From the NCBI GenBank assembly GCA_032250835.1, contig JAVVEA010000028.1, forward strand, positions 1 through 10,431: a DNA stretch of 10,431 bases. The letters are read 5' to 3'. Shown piece by piece: positions 6,454 through 10,431 of this stretch (position 1 is the stretch's first letter; every line of letters begins with the position of its first letter). This DNA is from a bacterium (GTDB taxonomy: Bacteria > SAR324 > XYD2-FULL-50-16). The notes below the pieces were generated by a model that ran no database searches, was not told the origin of the DNA, and saw only the letters and a program-made list of their open reading frames with translations. A program made the position numbers and the translations under genes.

Positions 6454-6818
6454 GGGCTCCTTAAGGTTTCAATCCAAGCCAAGGCCCGACCGCCCGCTCC
6501 GGCTGCGGCAAAAAGCCCCAGAGCCAGACCGGTCCCGTTGGCCGCCAAATCGGCCCATTCAAAAAACCGGTACCCACTTAAGCCTTGCAAACTTTCGATC
6601 AGCAAGCCATAGCCAAACAAACCCAAAGTGACGTTGCCCCAGGGGAGCAACTGGGCAAAGTACCAACCTAAAAACCAATAGGCCGCTAGATGGTTTACCT
6701 TGTCGGCCCCAGCAAACTGAGGCCCTTGGGGTGGGGTGGGGGTCAAAGAGCCCCAGGCAACCAGCAGCAGCAACAAAACCCCACCGGCCAGCCAAGCTTT
6801 TTGGTGACGTAGCCGCAC
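6438..6818 (-). CDS. VanZ-like family membrane protein
   Basis: Motifs DKVNHLAAY, YGLLIESLQ, R...DLAANGTG. The GTG start overlaps the htrA stop (TAGTG). Confidence 0.85.
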   Translation of the reverse strand: MRLRHQKAWLAGGVLLLLLVAWGSLTPTPPQGPQFAGADKVNHLAAYWFLGWYFAQLLPWGNVTLGLFGYGLLIESLQGLSGYRFFEWADLAANGTGLALGLFAAAGAGGRALAWIETLRSPWNSG

Positions 6819-7876
6819 TACTGCGGTGCCGCTAAGGTAAGTTTAAAGGTCCGTTCGACCTTGTCGCGCCTGCTGGTGAGGGTGATCTGGTCGCCGGGCT
6901 TGTGGTTTTCTAAGAGGCTTAAAAGATCGTCTTGGCTGTTGATCACCTGTCCTTCGGCCTTAAGGATCACGTCCCCCAGAAGGATTACGCCCCGAGGATC
7001 GCGCTGTAACCCACGCATACCGGCCCGGGCCGCCGGGCCGCCGGGGTAAACCTGTCCAACCACCACGCCTTTGATCCCGTAACGCTTAGCGATAGCATCG
7101 GCCAACAAAGACAGCCCCATCACCGGGCGCATGATCCGGCCATATTTGATCAATTCGGGCACAATCTTGTTGACCGTCGCCACCGGGATGGCAAAGCCGA
7201 TCCCGCTGGACGCTCCCGAAGGGCTCAATATCTGTGTATTGACCCCCACCAAGCGCCCCTGGCTGTCCAATAGAGGGCCGCCGGAGTTACCGGGATTGAT
7301 CGCCGCATCGGTTTGGATCACGCCTTTGATGCTGCGGTTCGACAGGCTCTTGATCTCGCGGTCTAAAGCACTGACCACGCCGACCGTCAAGGTAGCGTCT
7401 AGCCCAAAGGGGTTGCCAATAGCCAAGACCTTTCGGCCTACTTGCAGGGCATTCGAGTCGCCCCGTTCGATGGGCACCAACTTGTCGGGCTCTGCCTCAA
7501 TCCGAAGCAACGCCAAGTCCTTGTCCGGTGCCACCCCGATCAGCTTGGCCAGATAGCTAGACTGGTCGGCCAGGGTGATGCGGATGGCATCGGCATTTTG
7601 GATCACATGGAAGTTGGTGACGATCAGGCCGCTCTTATCCCAAATAAACCCTGTTCCCGCGCCGGAAGGGATCTCCTGCACATTCAGCGAAAACATGTTT
7701 TGTTTGAGCGTCGAGTTGGTCACGAAGACCACCGAAGGGTGAACCCTCTCGAAGACCTCGATGTTGTTGCGCTCGTCGGGCGTTAGGTCATCTTGGGCCA
7801 AGACCGGTCCCGCGACCAGTAACCAAGCTATCAACAGGGCCCGAAGGACCCCAGTCCCCTTATGCCACCAACCCAT
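6818..7876 (-). CDS. HtrA/Deg-family periplasmic serine protease with one PDZ domain
   Basis: Signal peptide (VLA-QD). Catalytic triad motifs TNFHV, DLALL and TDAAINPGNSGGPL, followed by a single C-terminal PDZ (GGPAARAG...GDVIL...PGDQITL). Confidence 0.95.
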   Translation of the reverse strand: MGWWHKGTGVLRALLIAWLLVAGPVLAQDDLTPDERNNIEVFERVHPSVVFVTNSTLKQNMFSLNVQEIPSGAGTGFIWDKSGLIVTNFHVIQNADAIRITLADQSSYLAKLIGVAPDKDLALLRIEAEPDKLVPIERGDSNALQVGRKVLAIGNPFGLDATLTVGVVSALDREIKSLSNRSIKGVIQTDAAINPGNSGGPLLDSQGRLVGVNTQILSPSGASSGIGFAIPVATVNKIVPELIKYGRIMRPVMGLSLLADAIAKRYGIKGVVVGQVYPGGPAARAGMRGLQRDPRGVILLGDVILKAEGQVINSQDDLLSLLENHKPGDQITLTSRRDKVERTFKLTLAAPQ

Positions 7877-8127
7877 TAAGAGGGATTGGCAGCGCAGGCC
7901 CCGTTAGCACAGCCGCCAGCCTTGGCGGTATCGCAGGAGGGTGCTTCACTAGAATAACCATCAGCGTACCATCCGCCGCCTTTGAGTTGGAAGGCCGTCT
8001 TGGAGGTTCGGCGTTCTAGGCCTTCAGCACCACATTCAGGACAGGTTTTGTTGTCGGCTTCGCTAAATCGGCGGATCAACTCTTGAGGCTTGCCGCAAGC
8101 AGAACAGTCGTATTCGTAAAGAGGCAT
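7876..8127 (-). CDS. FmdB-family zinc-ribbon protein
   Basis: MPLYEYDCSACG...CPECG...FQLKGGGWY with a Cys-rich tail. Start reassigned to ATG 8127 (family begins MPxYEY; AAGGT RBS 7 nt upstream). The stop overlaps the htrA ATG (TAATG). Confidence 0.9.
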   Translation of the reverse strand: MPLYEYDCSACGKPQELIRRFSEADNKTCPECGAEGLERRTSKTAFQLKGGGWYADGYSSEAPSCDTAKAGGCANGACAANPS

Positions 8128-8207
8128 CGAGTTTACCTTGAAAGAGGGGGGTGATCTAATCCCAGAGCGCCTTGGGCAGCTTTGGGGACTCCTGATCATG
8201 TCCCTTA

Positions 8208-8236
8208 TTTATAGTCTTTTTGATATAATTTGGCAA
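8208..8236 (-). promoter_or_regulatory. Sigma70-type promoter for the fmdB-htrA-vanZ-tauE operon
   Basis: Minus strand: TTGCCA (8236-8231), 17-nt spacer, TATAAA (8213-8208). Confidence 0.55.
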
Positions 8237-8246
8237 GCCCACTGCA
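8221..8246 (+). promoter_or_regulatory. Candidate rightward promoters: extended -10 and sigma54-like -24/-12
   Basis: TGATATAAT (TGnTATAAT, 8221-8229) and TTGGCAAGCCCACTGCA (GG 8232-8233, 10 nt, GC 8244-8245), close to TGGCACG-N4-TTGC. Confidence 0.45.
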
Positions 8247-8253
8247 GCGGGAC

Positions 8254-8273
8254 TTTTAGCCGATTTTAGCCGA
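8254..8273. repeat. Perfect tandem 10-bp direct repeat TTTTAGCCGA x2
   Basis: 8254-8263 is identical to 8264-8273. Confidence 0.8.
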
Positions 8274-8296
8274 AAAAATACGGGCCTTTCCTAAAG

Positions 8297-8367
8297 CCAC
8301 CTAGTATAAACACCCTAGGATTCACTGCTCCTAGGGGAAAACCTCTTGAGTTTGTCCATCTAGTATA
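8297..8367. repeat. Direct repeat CCAyCTAGTATA x2 enclosing inverted repeat CCCTAGGA-N8-TCCTAGGG
   Basis: CCACCTAGTATA at 8297-8308 and CCATCTAGTATA at 8356-8367; inverted-repeat arms at 8313-8320 and 8329-8336. Confidence 0.7.
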
Positions 8368-8415
8368 GGGCCGAGAAGCACCTCAAGGCTCGGCTACACC
8401 ACCATTGGGACCGCA

Positions 8416-9468
8416 ATGCACAAGCATCTTCTGACCTGTCTATTCATTGCTCAGTTAACCACCACCGCCTATGCGGGCTCGGCCAACCTGGAGCTTTCGG
8501 GGATCTCAGCGCTGGCCAGCAACCAGACCCAAACCGCCCAAGGGGGCAAGCAGATTGGGTTTGGGTACGCTAGCCAGTCAGGCAGCCTAGCTTATGAGGA
8601 CAACTCAACGGGCACTAGTTCAGCCAGTTCCGCAATGTTCGAATACAACCAGCCAATGGAAAAAAACCTTTTAGTCTTAGGTTATTCCAGCGGGAATTCA
8701 AAACAGCAATTTGACCAGTCCGGCTCCATCATCGCCGGCGGCACTACCTACCAAGTCACCCAAAGTTGGGAGTTTTCGGGCCCTAACAACCAGATCGCCG
8801 GTTTCTATCAGGTCAACCTTTCAGAGCAGAACTACCTGGACCTCGGCCTGGCCTTGGTCAACGAGACCACTGAGGTGACGGTCCAACAAGACATCACCGA
8901 CCCTTCGGGCACCAACGTGAGCAGCGGAACCTTTGTGGGTAGCGCCGCCAACAGCTATACCTCCGTTAGCATCAAATATTCGGGTAGCCTCAAAGATGAC
9001 CTCCGCATCGCCGCCAGCCTTTCACCTGCCGTAGCCTCTTCGCAGGCCTATTCTGGGGACTTTACCGGCAATACCTCAAAAGCAGGCCATGGCCAACTGG
9101 TGGTCATAGGCGTGGGGTTTCAGGGCAAAGATAAGACGCTGGGCTTAGACTATAAGCAACGCGACAAAAGCGAGAGCGCTTCTAGCAACGGATATACCAC
9201 CCTTCAGTTAGACGGGCAGTACCGGATTTCTGGAGCCGCTATCTTAGAAGGCATGGCTTCCCAATCTAGCTACACTGCTTATAGCTCCGGCGGTCAGGAC
9301 ATCCAAGTTACTCAGTACCGGTTCGGCGGCTATTATGCCTTAACCGGCGCAGTCCTCGGCTTTTTCCTAGACAATGGGAGCGCCAGTTACAGCGGCACCT
9401 CGGCAGGTGACGGTATTTCTAGTGAGCAACTCACCACCTTAAGCTTGGTGGCCTCAAAAAGCTTTTAA
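8416..9468 (+). CDS. Putative outer-membrane beta-barrel protein (porin-like, unknown family)
   Basis: Signal peptide ending AYA-G; S/G/T/Y-rich with alternating hydrophobic strands; C-terminal Phe (LSLVASKSF), consistent with a BAM beta-signal. Confidence 0.75.
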   Translation: MHKHLLTCLFIAQLTTTAYAGSANLELSGISALASNQTQTAQGGKQIGFGYASQSGSLAYEDNSTGTSSASSAMFEYNQPMEKNLLVLGYSSGNSKQQFDQSGSIIAGGTTYQVTQSWEFSGPNNQIAGFYQVNLSEQNYLDLGLALVNETTEVTVQQDITDPSGTNVSSGTFVGSAANSYTSVSIKYSGSLKDDLRIAASLSPAVASSQAYSGDFTGNTSKAGHGQLVVIGVGFQGKDKTLGLDYKQRDKSESASSNGYTTLQLDGQYRISGAAILEGMASQSSYTAYSSGGQDIQVTQYRFGGYYALTGAVLGFFLDNGSASYSGTSAGDGISSEQLTTLSLVASKSF

Positions 9469-9645
9469 CCCATTTATAACCAAAGATCCCGGTGAAAGCC
9501 TTCTGTTTTGCCTAGTTCACCTAAAAAGAGAACCCTGATTGGGTTCAAAGAGCTTTTTACTCCCCAAGGCAGAATGCCTGGGTTTTAGAGACCCCAAAGT
9601 AGATTCTTTGGGGGCCATGGTTGCACAATTTACGAGGAATAGCAT

Positions 9646-10350
9646 ATGAACGTTTTTAAAAAAATCGGCCTTTCACTGAGCGCCTTAATATTGGCTGCAT
9701 CCCCCTTGATGGCGGCTGAACGGATGATCATGGGCGGATTAGGGAGCGCTTCGGGCAGTTATGACTACCAAGATTCTGACGCCCAATTTAGCTTCCTCAA
9801 CAGCAAGCTGGATCATGACATGTCCGGCAGCAGCCTTTCGGTTGCTTACGTAGGCGTTGAGGACTCGGGACTGATGTGGGGCGCAGGCTACCACTCGTAC
9901 ACCTTAACCGGTGATTCCGGTACCCAGACCTGGAACAACCTTACCGTTGACGGCACTACCTACGATCAATATACCGCAAATTCAACTACAGACCTCACGC
10001 TGACTGGCTTTTATGGCTTAGTGGGGTACCAATTGAAGTTCGCCGATAAATTTAAGTTTATGCCCAACCTTCGCCTAGGTATTGGCAACACTTCCGAAGT
10101 AAAGCTTTCCGTCTATGAAACCGTTACCTTGGGCGGTACCAAGTATGTTGCCTCGGGAGCCAGCACCGACAGCGGAAGCGCCAGTCCCTTGTTCATTTCC
10201 TTGCCTCTATATTTTCAAGTGAGCGAAAAACTAGGACTAGGCCTGGAATTGATCTCTGGCGGCCTAGTGCATGAAATCACCAGCGGGACCTCAACTTACA
10301 CCTACCGCCTCGCAGGTGCCACCCAACTCTCGCTGACTTACGGCTTCTAA
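9646..10350 (+). CDS. Putative small outer-membrane beta-barrel protein
   Basis: RBS GAGGA; signal peptide ending LMA-AE; amphipathic strands (GFYGLVGYQL, LGLGLEL); C-terminal QLSLTYGF beta-signal. Confidence 0.82.
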   Translation: MNVFKKIGLSLSALILAASPLMAAERMIMGGLGSASGSYDYQDSDAQFSFLNSKLDHDMSGSSLSVAYVGVEDSGLMWGAGYHSYTLTGDSGTQTWNNLTVDGTTYDQYTANSTTDLTLTGFYGLVGYQLKFADKFKFMPNLRLGIGNTSEVKLSVYETVTLGGTKYVASGASTDSGSASPLFISLPLYFQVSEKLGLGLELISGGLVHEITSGTSTYTYRLAGATQLSLTYGF

Positions 10351-10431
10351 GCCCTATAGTGGACCCACTTGTCCAGACAACTTTTTGATTAGACGATCTT
10401 CCTGATCTTTTTTTCTAAGCAATCTTCAGTC

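Noticed and set aside
5603-7786. Plus-strand ORFs across 5603-7786 and minus-strand ORF 6559-6795
   Set aside because: Antisense or out-of-frame shadows of the tauE, vanZ and htrA genes.
8259-8276. GCCGATTT/GCCGAAAA as sigma28 (FliA) -10 boxes
   Set aside because: No TAAA -35 element at the expected ~15-nt spacing.
8297-8367. Mini-CRISPR array
   Set aside because: Only two 12-bp repeats, too short and too few, with no cas genes.
9610-9625. Sigma54 promoter ending in TTGCA before the second OMP
   Set aside because: The -24 region reads GGGGGC rather than TGGCAC.
10360-10386. Terminator after the second OMP (TGGAC-ccactt-GTCCA)
   Set aside because: Only a 5-bp stem, separated from the T-run by 6 nt; too weak to call.

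Overview
Bacterial chromosomal segment from a diderm (Gram-negative-type) organism, roughly 55-60% GC. Left to right: (1) the 3' end of fliG, translationally coupled to a divergent homocysteine S-methyltransferase-like TIM-barrel protein that lacks the zinc-binding cysteines; (2) on the minus strand, xseB, a lipoprotein HEXXH zinc aminopeptidase-like gene, a low-GC (~41%) 102-aa orphan flanked by hairpins, and a small DUF551-like gene; (3) a plus-strand cluster of tatD, moaD, moaE, an acidic unknown protein and tatA, ending at a bidirectional terminator; (4) a minus-strand, translationally coupled operon of an FmdB-like zinc ribbon, an HtrA protease, a VanZ-like protein and a TauE/SafE transporter; (5) a repeat-rich divergent promoter region; (6) two tandem, apparently related outer-membrane beta-barrel genes separated by a ~150-nt multi-hairpin spacer. 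No tRNA, rRNA, CRISPR array, transposase or integrase was seen. The most unusual items are the putative pseudo-enzyme coupled to fliG where fliH usually sits, and the structured spacer and repeat-rich promoter of the OMP pair. All family calls are by-eye motif recognition, not database searches.
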